Shown: positions 26,401 through 38,263, counted from the stretch's first letter. The stretch is 64,000 bases of DNA from Cyanophora paradoxa CCMP329 (GCA_004431415.1 QPMI01000495.1:186001-250000), one strand, 5' to 3'. Translations and numbers: made by a program. Notes: generated from the letters alone by a model not told the origin.

Positions 26401-27274
26401 AGGTCAGGACCCCGCAAGCGCGCGCCGCGAGCCCCGCCGCTTTGCTCCTCCCTTCCCCCCTGGAGGAGGGAGGGGGGCCTGGTGAGGGAGGGGCAGCGGC
26501 CGGGGCCCGCGGGGCCCGCGGGGGCGCGGGGGCCCCTCCTCCCCCCTTCCTCCCTCTTTTCCTTCTGCGGGCCGCGGGCGGCGCACAGCGCTCCCCCCCC
26601 CCCCCCCCCTCTCTCTAACCCGCACGGCTCTCGTTCTTCGTTCGCCTCCGCAGGACTCGTACTACATCACCGCCGACTCGCCGGTACCCCCTTAGAGCAG
26701 CCGCCCTGCTGCGCGCCGCCCTATCTGACGTACCCCCCTCCGCTTGCTTCGCTCGCAGCTCGTCCACAACGTCTTCAAGGAGCTCCTCGCCGACGAGGGG
26801 GTACAGGAGACCGTCAAGGCCTCCTCCCAGGAGGCGGTGCGCTCGCCCTCCTGTACCCCGGACGCGATGCGGGGTAGCGAGACGGGTTTCTCCCGGGGTA
26901 CGCAGAAGGAGAAGTCGGAGGGGCGGGAGCGGGAGCGCGGGGAGCGGGACGCGGCCGACGCTCTGGCCCTGATCGCGAAGGTACGAGCGTACCCCCTCCC
27001 CTTCTTCCCCCCCCCCGAACAATAAGAATTCCGATCCGCTTGGGGCGCAGGAGAAGCAGCGGCTCCTGACGCACTTCGACGTCCTCGAGAAGCTCGACGA
27101 CTTCGTGCGCCCGCGCCCGTACCCCCGCGCGCTCCTCCCCGGCCGCCGTCCCACGCGGCCCCGCTCCGCAAGATGACGCCGGAGGAGAAGGAGGAGCGGG
27201 TGCGGATGCTGCTCCGGAAGGAGGCCTCCATCTTCGCCCGCGAGGCCGCCCTCCGCCCCGCCGCCGCCTCCTGA
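23415..27274 (+). CDS. P-loop AAA/STAND-like ATPase (ATPase_2-type), probably mitochondrial
   Basis: Arg/Ala-rich presequence MLGAARRAFAAAARS; FYGREEE; Walker A ILTGPSDSGKSSL; Walker B VPVIFIDEFG; HVVLGSSDSF; VGDLT; VGGRLLDL; stop TGA at 27272-27274. Confidence 0.85.
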
Positions 27275-29049
27275 CCCCGCCGCCCCCGCCACCCCCGCCC
27301 CCGCCGGCGCCGGGCCGAACGCTCTGCGCCCGTTCTCTCTTTTGCCCTCCTCGCGCCCTCGCCCTCGCGGCGCGCGTGACCGGCCGCGATGCAGAGTGTG
27401 AGATATCGACGCATGTACGGAAGTGAAATGTAAAGCAGTGGGAGAAACTTCGCGGCCAGCTCGAGCGTCGTTGGTATTGCTACTGGCCACCGGAACAAGA
27501 GATCCGGAGCTCGGCCCCTATAAAGCTAGAGATTATCGTTAACGTTCCTTTCCCCCCCCCCCCCCCCCCCCCCATCCCCTCCGAATCCCCATCCACCCCC
27601 ATGCATGCGCCGCGGTGCCAATTTGATCCAGTCCAGTCCAGGGACTCTTCGAATATCAATTCGAATTGAGGCCCTGATAGAATGTTCAATTAATATTACG
27701 AATACTATCTTAGCTGACTCAGCGACATATAGAAATACAGATAGCCTAGTAGGCCATATATACATATATAGCTACATGAATTCGAAAGCTAAATATTAAT
27801 AGATATCGATGTTTCAGAATGTCGTAGCCTTTCAATGAAGAGAATTCGAATTTGAAGCACCGTACGCGTGGCACGCCTAGATCAGCGATTTCCGCTGGTC
27901 CCACTGAAGCTATCTGCAGCTTATCATCAGATGAGATGTAGAGCTCCAAAGCGACAGCCTGGAAACGAAAGTCTAGTGCTACGGTGGCCATATAGCTATG
28001 TGCATAAAGGCGAGATTAGGGGCTGCTGCCTAGCCTACTTAAACGACGCAACTCCTATATATCGTATTTTACGGATCACTCGGATTCGACCTCCATCCGA
28101 TGATCGAACTGGAACCATCGACTCCCATGGCCACGACAGCGACCTAGGGCCTATGAACAAAATCCAAAAGCCGCAAAATAGCACGAGTCCAGCGTCACGG
28201 CACGTGAACGGGGGCTCGGAGAGCGAAATTGAAAGCACTCGGATTTGAAACGCGCGATGCCCACGTGTCCTAGACTCCTAGCTGCACAATCCACGCAGGT
28301 GCTTGGTTCGGAAGGCCGGCATGTACACGCATGCGAAACGGAACAATGGACGTCAGAGTCCACCGAAAAAACTAGGAGAAGCAGGGCATAATAATGCCCG
28401 ATCCGGATGCAACCGAGAATAAAATAGGCACGCTATAATACACTGATTCAGTCGGCTGTAATACACTGTTGCGTTACTACTGGACTCCAGGAGGTGAAAA
28501 CAAAGCAGCGAACAACCAAGCAACTGGTTATAGTACTGCAGCGCATAAATATGCAAATGTGATTCTGGTGAGATCAAGAGGATCGAAAACACATAGACAA
28601 TGCCCGCGTTTTATCCCTCGGCTAAGTTTAATTATTATTTGTTTATATTTTACCTATATTTCTTGCATATTTAACAAGATCCGTGCTCCTGCGGAGCACT
28701 AAGTACGGCGAAGCCTCGCGGCCGCCCTCGCGCGCGCACGGCTGTCACAGTAGGCGTAGCGCACTGCAGCTGGCCAGCGGCCCGGCCGAACAGCTGGTTG
28801 GCTGGAAGCTGGCGGCCAGAGGCCTGGCTGGCCAGCTAGAGAGGAATGTAATTAATTAGGAGAAGGAATTAATAATTAGGGGAAGAGTTGGACTGGCTTG
28901 CTTTTAACAGGTAAAGCATATTGAGAGGAGAATAAATATATAATATTTGAGGCCCGGGAGGGGCGAGGTTCTCGCGATCGCAGCCAGGCGCATGCACAGA
29001 GCTTGCGAATCGCTTAAAAAGAAACTCGAATGCATATAGTATCAATGTG

Positions 29050-31350
29050 CAGGGTTGCGGAGGCGAGGGCGCGAGGAAAAACCTGCAGGTCCATGCAGGA
29101 TCGAATTTTCGGGGTCGGCTGGGTTCTCGCGCCCTGTCGCGCCCTTGGAGCTTGCGCTACGCTTTGAAAAGCTCTCAAATGAATATTGTAGCGATGCCCA
29201 TGCATGAGGATGCGAGGGCGCGCGGAAAGCTGTGCAGGTCCGTGAAGGATCGAATTTTCGGGGTCGGCTGGGTCCCCGCGGCCCGGCGCATCTGTAAAGC
29301 GTGCGGAATGCTTTGTCTACATCTCAAATGCGTATGCTATTGTTCCGCGCATGCGCCGCGGCGTGGGCGCGCGGAAAGATGTCCGGGTCCGTGCAGGATC
29401 GAATTTTTGCCGTCGGCTGGGTTCTCGTGCTCTTTCGTGTCTTCGAAGCTTGTGGAAGGCTTTGATAAAATCTCAAATGAATATTGTGGCGATGCGCATG
29501 CGCGAGAATGCGAGGGCGCGCGGAAAGATGTTCAGGTCCGTACAGGATCGAATTTTCGGGGTCGGCTGGGTCCTCGCGGCCTGGTGCATTTAGAGACCGT
29601 GCGGAAGTCTTCTTCTACATCTTAAATGCTTATGCTATTGTTCCGCGCATGCGCCGCAGCGTGGGCGCGCGGAAAGATGGCCGGGCCCGTGCAGGATCGA
29701 ATTTTTGCCGTCGGCTGGGTTCTCGTGCTCTTTCGCGTCTTCGAAGTCTGTGGAAGGCTTTGATAAAATCTCAACTGAATATTGTGGCGATGCGCATGCG
29801 CGAGGACGCGAGGGCGCGCGGAAAGATGTGCAGGTCCGTGAAGGATCGAATTTTCGGGGTCGGCTGGGTCCCCGCGGGGTCTGTAGAGGATCGAATTTTC
29901 GGGGTGGGCTGGGTCCCCGCGGCCCCGCGCATCGGCAAAGCGTGCGGAAGGCTTTGTCTACATCTCAGATGCTTATGCTATTGTTCCGCGCATGCGCCGC
30001 GCGTGGGCGCGCGGAAAGATGTCCGGGGCTGTGCAGGATCGAATTTTTGCCGTCGCGCGATCGGGTACCTTCCTGCGCTGTTCGGCATCCGAAAAGCGGA
30101 TTTCGGGGGTGCGCAGGCCCTGCTATGTCTATGCGCGCCAGTGCGCATCGATTGCGCGCGTCGCGGACCGGGCCGGACCGGCTGGATCAAATTTTCGGCG
30201 GAGTCTTCGCACTGGAGTGTCGAGGGCGCCCGAAATCGAGCTTGCGGCGATGCGCTCGCCCTCGCGCGGCATTCTGTATCGTTCTGGGGCGTCCCTGGCG
30301 CGATTTCGTCGCGGGACCGGGCGGGACCGGGTTCCACGTTCTGACTTGGACTGCATTTGTCGGAGGTTAAGTACCGGAATTGATTCAGAGGGAAATTCGA
30401 TTTTCGCGGGACGCCTACGGGAGAGCGGTCGTCTTAGGGGAGCCACGACGCTAAAAATGGATGTAGAGAGGTTTGTGGGGGTTCGGGTGGGTGTGTTACC
30501 AGCAGCAATCGCGTCCGTGTCGAGGCAGAATTAATAATTCTGGCTCGAGGGAGTGCGACCAAGAGCTATGCGATACAGGCGCGATGCGGAGGGCGGTCAA
30601 GACGTGCCGGAGATTCTCAAGTGCTGGTACATGCCTGCGGGGCCGCGCTTCTGCGAGGGCGCGCGGAAAGACGTGCAGGTCCGTCCAGGATCGAATTTTC
30701 GGGGTCGGCTGGGTCCTCGCGGCCCGGCACATCCGTAAACTGTGCGGAAGTCTTCTTCTACATCTTAAATGCTTATGCTATCGTTCCGCGCGTGCGCCGC
30801 GGCGTGGGCGCGCGGAAAGATGTCCGGGGCCGTGTGGGATCGAATTTTTGCCGTCGGGTACCTTCCTGCGCTGTTCCGGCTCCGAAAAGCGGATTTCGGG
30901 GGTGCGCAGGCCGTGCTATGTCTATACGCGCCAGTACGCATCGATTGCGCGCGTCGCGGGACCGGCCGGAACCGGGAGGATCAAATTTCGGCGTACTGTT
31001 CGGACTGCAGCGTCGAGGGCGCCCGAAATCGAGCTTGCGGCGATGCGCTCGCCCTCGCGCGGCATTCTGTATCGTTCTGGGGCGTCCCTGGCGCGATTTC
31101 GTCGCGGGACCGGGCGGGACCGGGTTCCACGTGCACGTTCTGACTTGGACTGCATTTGTCGGAGGTTAAGTAACGGAATTGATCCAGAGGGAAATTCGAA
31201 ATTCGCGCGACGTGCACGGGAGAGCGGTCGTCTTAGGGGAGCCAGGACGCTAAAAATGGATCTAGAGGGGTCTGTGGGGGTTCGGGCAGCTGTGTAATGT
31301 CCATCAATCGCGTCTGTGTCGAGGCAGAATTAATAATTCTGTCTCGAGGG
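29050..31350. repeat. Complex tandem repeat array (~150-bp subunits, ~300-bp dimers, plus a ~700-bp duplication)
   Basis: Recurrent GGATCGAATTTT(C/T)G(G/C)...GTCGGCTGGGT core at ~29095, 29245, 29395, 29545, 29690, 29840, 30030, 30685 and 30835. Block ~29820-30550 is repeated at ~30660-31350. Confidence 0.9.
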
Positions 31351-31525
31351 AATGTGACACGGAAATTATTTGGCACGGGGGATCTTGAGTGGAAAAAAAG
31401 GTTAAAAAAGGAATTTCGGTCGGCGGTTTTTGGGTTTGAGAAAGAGGCTTCGCCTGACGTTAATTTATGTGTAATTTATCCTTTATTCTTGTCTTTTATG
31501 TGCGTATTTTATATAAATTACTAAC

Positions 31526-31936
31526 TTTTTTTTTTGAGAGACTACGGTGGGGCGAACCCCCCGTAGGTAGTGATATTAGGGACAACAAAGCAATCACAAA
31601 TCAAAGATACAGTAAACTAGCACAAAATACAGAATCAAGAGGGATCACGAGAAGGGACACGATCAGAAGAACGCAAAAGATAAGGAGAACGAGCACGAGG
31701 AGAAGGAGTAGAAGAGCTCAGGGACGTCGACGCAGAAGTACTAGTCACACTAGAACGACGAGGAGCACGGGGACGCAGCGAATAAGAAGAACGAGCACGA
31801 GGAACTACAGTCGAAGACGAAGATCTAGACGAAGACGACAAGACAGAGCTAACAGCAGAACTAGGAGACGTAGTCGCAGGAGGCAGAGCGAGAGGTGGCA
31901 GAACAGTAGGAGAGGCGAAACGTAGGACACCATTAG
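31526..31936 (-). mobile_element. 5'-truncated non-LTR retrotransposon (LINE-like) 3' end
   Basis: Poly(A)10 on the minus strand (T run 31526-31535). 11-bp TSD AAATTACTAAC at 31515-31525 and 31937-31947. Ser/Arg-rich ORF tail ending ...RDPS*. 3' stem-loop CTACGG-TGGGG-CGAA-CCCC-CCGTAG. Confidence 0.8.
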
Positions 31937-32135
31937 AAATTACTAACGTATCCCTTACTGAAACTTAATTTATTCGTATCTCCGATGTAATTTACCTCTA
32001 TCTCTCGTAATCATTTGTATTTGAGGTGGATTTTAAACTAAGATAAATTATATCACGCCTCCTGATAAAACGCGGGCATTGTCTATGTGTGATATTACGC
32101 ATTATCGTGTATAATGATATGGAAATAATATGTGT

Positions 32136-32204
32136 ACAAGCAGGGGGGCAAGCCCCCCCGCACCCCCCCATTAACTGATGATCGATATCATGACCGTCGG
32201 ACAT
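32136..32204 (+). repeat. Dispersed repeat copy 1 (probable transposon terminus with G/C hairpin)
   Basis: ACAAGCAGGGGGGCAAGCCCCCCCGCACCCCCCCATT.ACTGATGA...TCGGACAT; a similar copy is at 34648-34718. Confidence 0.7.
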
Positions 32205-33448
32205 AGCTATAGCGATCGCACGCGAATTCGAAAGAAACTTATATATAATTACACGCAGAAATGAATTTTTTCGCGATCTGGAATTTGAAGCATGTATACG
32301 TAGATCTAGATCTGCAGCTGAACTTCAATCCAATCGAGAAACGCGCAGCGTTGACGTCAGCGCCATACGCGTCGCGTCGGCCGCGCCGACCTCGATCTAG
32401 ACTCTCAGATCTTGAGCTTCGGAAGCGGAGCTATACGATCTAGCGATAGATCGGAACTGTTACAATTAGCTATTATATATTTCGAATCTTGCGCAGTTTG
32501 CCAGAACGACGGACGTTTTCAGGACAACTAGAATTCGAATAATCTTCGCGGCCGCCGGGCACTTCACGATCCTTTTTTTGCAAAAGTGGACGTCTCATTA
32601 AGAACACCACGGCACATGTCCTAATGTCCTGAATCGACGCGCCCTTCCGACGCGGTCGGCTAGCTAAGAGTAGGCGATGGTCTAGCTAGGCGCCGGCCTT
32701 GGGTCGTCCAGTTCGAGAGGCTCGCTTGCCCAGGGGACACACGGCTTGCAGATGCGCTGCTGCACCGTGGCCAACGCGCCCGGGTTCGTGAGTGGTTCCA
32801 TCCCGTTGTGAACCCTGGTAGAGCTTGGCTCCGCACTTGCAAAAGTGTAAGTGTAGGCGGTGATGGGGGACGATCGCTGCCGCCTGTCGTACGAGATCGC
32901 CATCCCCAGCAGAGAGAGTAGTGGGGCACTCCGTGCTTGGCTCCGCCGCAGTCCGACATCATACCCGCCAAAGTACGACCCGTCGGGTTCCACGTGAAGA
33001 GGTCGCCCGGTCCACCCCCCTCCCCGCCCCCCCCCCCCCCCCCCCCCCCCGGATTTCCCTCAGCTTGGGTAGAGGATGGTTCATATAGGACAGGAAAGGT
33101 CGAGAGTATCTCAACGAGCGCCGAGAGAGAGGAGAAAGTTTTACTGGAAAAGCTAGGGGAGCCATTTACCTCTGGAATCCCCCGGGGAATGCAGGCCGGT
33201 TCCCTATGGGTCCCGGGCGACTGAACGTTTACGTGACTAAGCAACGAATAACCCACCCCACTCACATCGGGGATCATTGGTTACCAGAGAGCTACGCCTA
33301 GGGACCAGCGCCACTTGGCGTCGTGGAAACAAATTGGGAGAGGGAGAGGAAAAATTCGGACAGCAGCAGAAACCCATCGAAAAATGAAAATGAGTGAGAG
33401 AGTAAAGAGAGCGAAAACTGCCACTGCCGCGAGGAGAGGAAAAAGAAT

Positions 33449-34210
33449 CTAGCGCCGCTGCGCGCCCTTGCCGGGCGCGGGGCTCGAGCTCGAGCCCTGG
33501 CTCATTGCCATCGCAGCGGCGAGCGCGGCCGCAAGCACGTCGCGGTTGATCGGGGGCGGCAGCGGGGCGGCCGCGGCCTTTTGCTTGTTCTTCTTCTTGT
33601 TCTTGTTCTTCTTCTTCTTCTCCATGGCGCGCGCCGAGGAGATCTCCTCGGAGGAGGAAGAGGAGGAGGAAGAGGAGGGGGAGCGGCGGCGGCGGCGGCC
33701 GGAGCCGCTGTCGCTGCCGCCAGCCGCGGGCGCCGCGGCGAAGAGGTTGAGGTGGCGGCTGCGGTGGGAGCTGACGCTGACAGAGTCGTCGTCCCCGTTG
33801 ATCGCGCGCCGCAGCTGCGCAAGCTGGGCAGCGTTGATGCCATCGACGTCGCCGGCGCCGGCGGCAGGGGCGGCGGGGCCGGCGGCGGCTCCGGCGCCGG
33901 CAAGGTTTACCGCGTCGAGGGCGTCCGCAGCCGCGCCGGCCGCGTCCGCCGGGCAGTTGTAGGTCTCCGGGTGGCCGAGGGCATCCGACACGATGTGCTC
34001 GCGCTGCGCCACAGTTTACTTGAGCGTGGAGATCGCGGCGATGGAGAGGGGCAAGGAGAAAAAGAAATCAACGGACTTTCGAGCAGAAACAGCGCCTGCC
34101 GTTCGGCACCTCGTAAATGCTCCAGGTGATGGAGCCGAACTTGCCGGTGAGCGGTTCAATGGTCGGTTTATCTTCTCTGTTCTTGTTGCTGATCTTCCCT
34201 TTTCCATCGG
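33449..34210 (-). CDS. Hypothetical low-complexity protein fragment, probably spliced
   Basis: GC-rich ORF 33449-34012 (Ala/Ser/Lys-rich). A plausible GT-AG intron joins an upstream exon (PTIEPLTGKFGSITWSIYEVPNGRRCFCSK) in frame to REHIVSDALGH. No recognisable domain. Confidence 0.3.
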
Positions 34211-34214
34211 TGAA

Positions 34215-34650
34215 ATGCTGGAAATTATAAATGCTATCCATCATAATGGAAGATTAATTGGAAATTCACCCACTTATTCTGATATGCGGGGTGTCGGTTA
34301 TTTCAGGGATAAACCTCATCAAATAGTCGTTAGACATGTCGATGATCGGTTTTACATTGCGAAAGCCATCGAGCCTATGGGAAATATTGAATTCCTTGTT
34401 AGACAACTCCGTTATGAGGAAACAGAGGATGCTTATGTAGAAATTCTCGATTTCTGTCAACATGTTCGATGCACTCAATATAAGGTATCTGATGTCATGG
34501 ATGTAATTGTAAGAGATTACGGTAATCAGATGCAACCACGTTATTATTTTAAAGTAAATCGTGATCTCTCGGTTTATCATCGCAAGTTTGAAGGGCATAA
34601 CTTAAAGTTAACTACCCGTGCATCGGTTCGTAAATTCTTAAAAGCCAACA
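34215..34650 (+). pseudogene. AT-rich intronless virus-like hypothetical ORF, truncated by a repeat insertion
   Basis: MLEIINAIHHNG...RKFLKAN; abrupt shift to low GC; the frame runs directly into the 34648 repeat. Confidence 0.4.
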
Positions 34651-34718
34651 AGCAGGGGGGCAAGCCCCCCCGCACCCCCCCATTTACTGATGACCATGCC
34701 ATGATGACTGTCGGACAT
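34648..34718 (+). repeat. Dispersed repeat copy 2 (probable transposon terminus)
   Basis: Direct copy of 32136-32204. Confidence 0.7.
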
Positions 34719-35165
34719 GCAGGAAGAAAGCAATTTACATGCAGACGTTTTCAGGACAAATTATAAGAATAATCTTCCTCGGCTTCGTATACGTATTCGA
34801 ATATACAGTCGCGCTACTTAAGGAACGGGTGCTCAGCGGCTTCGAAATAATCACTGTTTTCGCTAGCGCTGCGTACGCGTACGCGTTGACTTCGAATTTA
34901 CCTGCTGGTCATGATGTGCTCCGTCTGCACAATTGCAAGGATGCGCAGCAGCGCTCAACGGCTAGCTGCATGCGCAGTAGCACTAGTATATACGTACTAC
35001 GGTATGTAAACGGTTGCTAAATAAGCGCAACCGCGGCCGGGTAACGACAGCTCAGCGGCTGCTGCTGCAGGCTGTAGCCTATAGCTACGTTTAAAGCCTA
35101 CAGTAGCTATAGCAGTAGAACGTTAACAGCGGCAGATTACCGTAGTACAGTGCACACCGTGGCAC

Positions 35166-35298
35166 GTGTTTCCGTTACTTTCCGTTACTTTTCGCTATCC
35201 GCCACTTAAGCTGTCCGTTACTTTCCGGAAACGTCCGTTATCCGCCACTTCAGTTTTCCGTTACTTCCGTTATCTACCACTTTCCATGCACGCCACTG
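35166..35298. repeat. Cluster of TTCCGTTA/TATCCGCCACTT short repeats ending in a hAT-like terminus
   Basis: About six CCGTTA copies; ends TGCACGCCACTG (reverse complement CAGTGGCGTGCA). No partner end seen. Confidence 0.4.
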
Positions 35299-36395
35299 GC
35301 CAGCTTAAACTGCTGGGGAAAACTCGACTCGCGCGGGACCGTGCACGTGACAGTGGTGACACACGTCAACCGATCGCCAAGTTACGACGCCAACTCGACG
35401 CCGAGTCGGATCGTATATATACGTACTGGTACCGGTGAAGGGGTGAAGGGTTTTTTTATTTTTTTAGAAGTTGCCCGACAGCCTGGCAGCTCACAGAGTC
35501 ACAGAGTCGAGCACAGTCATGACGTTGACTCAAGCGGACGAGTCGTCGTCGCGAGCGGCTGGCCGGCGGCTCGCGTCGCCCCGCGTCCGACGGTCACACG
35601 TGCATGCGCACGGTCCGACGGTCACGACGCGCGCCGTGGTCCGTGGCGGCGCACCGTGGCACGTACCGTAGTAACCGTCACGGCGTACGGGTCCGACCCG
35701 GTCCGTACCGGTACGTACGCCGTGACGCGCGCGCGCGCGCGGTACGCGCGTGGAACGCGCGTAGGCACTGCGACTGCGAACTTCATGCATGAAAATTTCT
35801 TTAAAACCTAAACTGATCTTCGATCGATCGATATCGATCCGCGGGGGGGGGCAAAATTAAAATTGCCGTTATTTATTAAATTAACGCGCTGACATTTTGA
35901 ATTTAGTTTCACTTGGGGGTAATTTTTAATGTATCTGGCGTTCTCGCAGTGGATTTCGAGAATAAGCGCGGTACCTAATATATATATTAATGCGGAAAGT
36001 CAAAATTTCAGTTCCTTCATCTGGTGTTATATACCGTATACCACACTGTGTTCTCATATGCGTTGACACAACCCTAAGGTAAGTTTTCTGACCTCAATCA
36101 AGTTACCGAAGATTTTTGGCTCGGCCGTTCCGTGAGAACTGAGTTTTTTTACGGGTGTCCGCATGCGTCATAAGTAATAAGTTATAACTTAGTATGGTGC
36201 CGCATGGAGTCGTGGACATCGCATGTGGTATATTGAAGAAAAGGACAAAGTGGGTATAGTGGGCGACATATTCAGTTTGATTGATCGCAATTAATCAGGC
36301 AAAAATTGAAAGTCCCGTGAGCAACACAAAATGATTTAAGGAAGAAGTGATACATAGGTTTAAGAAAGAGAAAACTTTTTCCGTGACGTATTACA

Positions 36396-36674
36396 ATGTC
36401 GTGCGCTGAAATGTTTAAGGATATCTCCGATATCATGGAAGCCGCGGAATACTTCTATAAACAAAACGACACCCTTTACCCTTCTCTGTCTCATATTGTA
36501 GCGATTGGTTTCTTAGCTGATAGACCCGACCGACTGTATGCAAAGAGTGATGAAAACCACTTTTTCCACTATCAAAAGCAACCTTTAAAAAGAGGAAAGG
36601 TGGAATACAACGTTAAAGCACTGTTTAACTTTGGCGGTGAGTTCATCCCTCTTATCGAATTCAAAAACCACTAA
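36396..36674 (+). CDS. AT-rich intronless virus-like hypothetical protein (92 aa)
   Basis: Low-GC ORF; its TAA overlaps the TAG of the convergent penton-like ORF, as in compact viral genomes. Confidence 0.5.
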   Translation: MSCAEMFKDISDIMEAAEYFYKQNDTLYPSLSHIVAIGFLADRPDRLYAKSDENHFFHYQKQPLKRGKVEYNVKALFNFGGEFIPLIEFKNH

Positions 36675-36794
36675 TCAATACCTAACGCTAAAAACTCCAA
36701 CTCAAATGAATTATCGATACCGTTCATATCAACAAGATCACCGTAATAATCGCAAAACTCTACGGTTAACTCATTAATCACTAAATTACGATCG

Positions 36795-37129
36795 ATCTGG
36801 TAGACCTTGATTGGTGGGTCGACCGTCCCAGATCAAACGAAGTTTGGAGCCAGTCTTCTTCGGGACCACGGACAAGGAGCACACAATGTTCACCTCGTGC
36901 TGTTGGACTTCACGAATGGCCCCGGTGCGCAAGAGTTTCTGAATTTCCGTCCGCACAAAATCCCTGTGATCCTCGGCTGCAGACTTGTGATTACGCCGAT
37001 GCTCCGGTGGCAGATTGCGGGCCCCAGTCAGCGGGAAACCGTCACGTATCCATGACAGCACCACATAGTTGGCACCAATCTCCTTCCACTGGGACCAGGC
37101 CTCACGGATGCAGGACGCCACAAAAGAAC
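36795..37129 (-). pseudogene. DIRS-type reverse transcriptase, N-terminal fragment
   Basis: WKEIGANYVVLSWIRDGFPL...FVRTEIQKLLRTGAIREV...CSLSVVPKKTGSKLRLIWDGRPTNQGL; clearly homologous to the RT at 63376-64000. Confidence 0.85.
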
Positions 37130-37313
37130 CTGGTGGCTAAAAGTCACAAGCGCACGGGAAGTGGGCTTGAGGCCTTAAATTGTCGCCACATCTTATCAAC
37201 GACACGAGCTGACAGGCTGAGCTGCAGTTGAGTCTGGCTCAAGCTGCAGCTGGAGCTGAGTTGGAGCTGGAGCTGGTACGCTGGAGGGCGGCTGTGACAC
37301 GCGAACGTGAGGA

Positions 37314-37442
37314 ATCTTCACTGCTTCGCGCGAAAGAAGACTGAAGGTTGTACCCCTAACAATCATTATATAGAATCAAGGCTGCTTACGGAGTGGCAGG
37401 CATACAAAGTCATATGCTACGCGTTCGCTCGCATATTCAGTA
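37314..37442 (-). repeat. Internal A repeat (A2) of element 1; with adjacent sequence forms a long hairpin at 37371-37472
   Basis: Identical to 39398-39526. Stems CAAGGCTGCTT/AAGCAGCCTTG, GTGGCAGGCATAC/GTATGCCTGCCAC and ATATGC/GCATAT. Confidence 0.9.
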
Positions 37443-38263
37443 GTATGCCTGCCACAAGCAGCCTTGCTTCTAAGCAATTCTAAGCCAAGTCTGATCATGA
37501 AGTTTTTAATAGTGAGCGTGTCACAGGTACGAATTTGTCACAACACCTGACGTTCACCTCCACGGTGGATGCGCGAAGTTCTTGAATGAAGGCACATCAC
37601 AGCATGCACAGCACACACATATGGACTCATGCAAGTACACAACTTGTTCTCTTGAATGCTTCAAAACTTGTCCAGCATGCACACCTCTGGATGAATGCGC
37701 CAACCTGCGGAACAGAATAGAAAATTGGGAGACACACCTGGATACCAAGAGATGATTTCCTCCACACCTGCGATACCAAATGATTAGATCTGAGCACCCA
37801 GCGCGCGATAGCGACACACGAGATGGCCGTTGCTGGCCAGGAACTCGGCAACTCGACCGCAGCCTGATGTGACCTGGGACGAGAAGAGGTCAGGCTGTTG
37901 GGGATTGGCTGGGGCTCGCACCAGGTTGGAGTCATCCAGGTGGCACTTATGGCCCACAAAGTTGTGATGCTCAAAGCTTATGCAAAATTCGTAGTTACAA
38001 GGCCTTGTAGACTATGGCAAATTTGAAACGATCACAAGGTCATGCACATTGCAATTGCCAAGCTAGTGTTTACCACAGACCCATCACCACAAATGCAATG
38101 CAAGCTCAAACACACATAAGAAAGCCCAGATTTATTCCTTCATGGCACACACACAGCACAGCACAGCTACGAGCACATGCACATGCCAAGTCTGGGGCCA
38201 CACGAAAACGAAAAAACCTAGCACTCTACAGCTGCGCCCGAAAGGCTGGGCACAGGAAGCCGC

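Larger units (their letters stand above)
28589..32090. mobile_element. Putative non-autonomous DNA transposon bounded by 27-bp perfect terminal inverted repeats
   Basis: ACACATAGACAATGCCCGCGTTTTATC at 28589-28615 and its exact reverse complement at 32064-32090. The interior is tandem repeats with no transposase. No target-site duplication (TSD) found. Confidence 0.6.

Noticed and set aside
254-27500. Numerous long Arg/Gly/Pro/Ala-rich six-frame ORFs
   Set aside because: Artefacts of very high GC and stop-poor introns; the real genes are spliced mosaics of these frames.
29047-31297. ORFs within the tandem repeat array
   Set aside because: Translations of non-coding repeats in several frames, with no protein-like signal.
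32170-32240. CTGATGA hammerhead core in the 32136/34648 repeats
   Set aside because: Could not build stems I-III with a properly placed GAAA and cleavage triplet.
32660-33277. 205-aa minus-strand ORF spanning a poly-G run
   Set aside because: Non-ATG start, no recognisable motif, crosses a homopolymer; unsupported.
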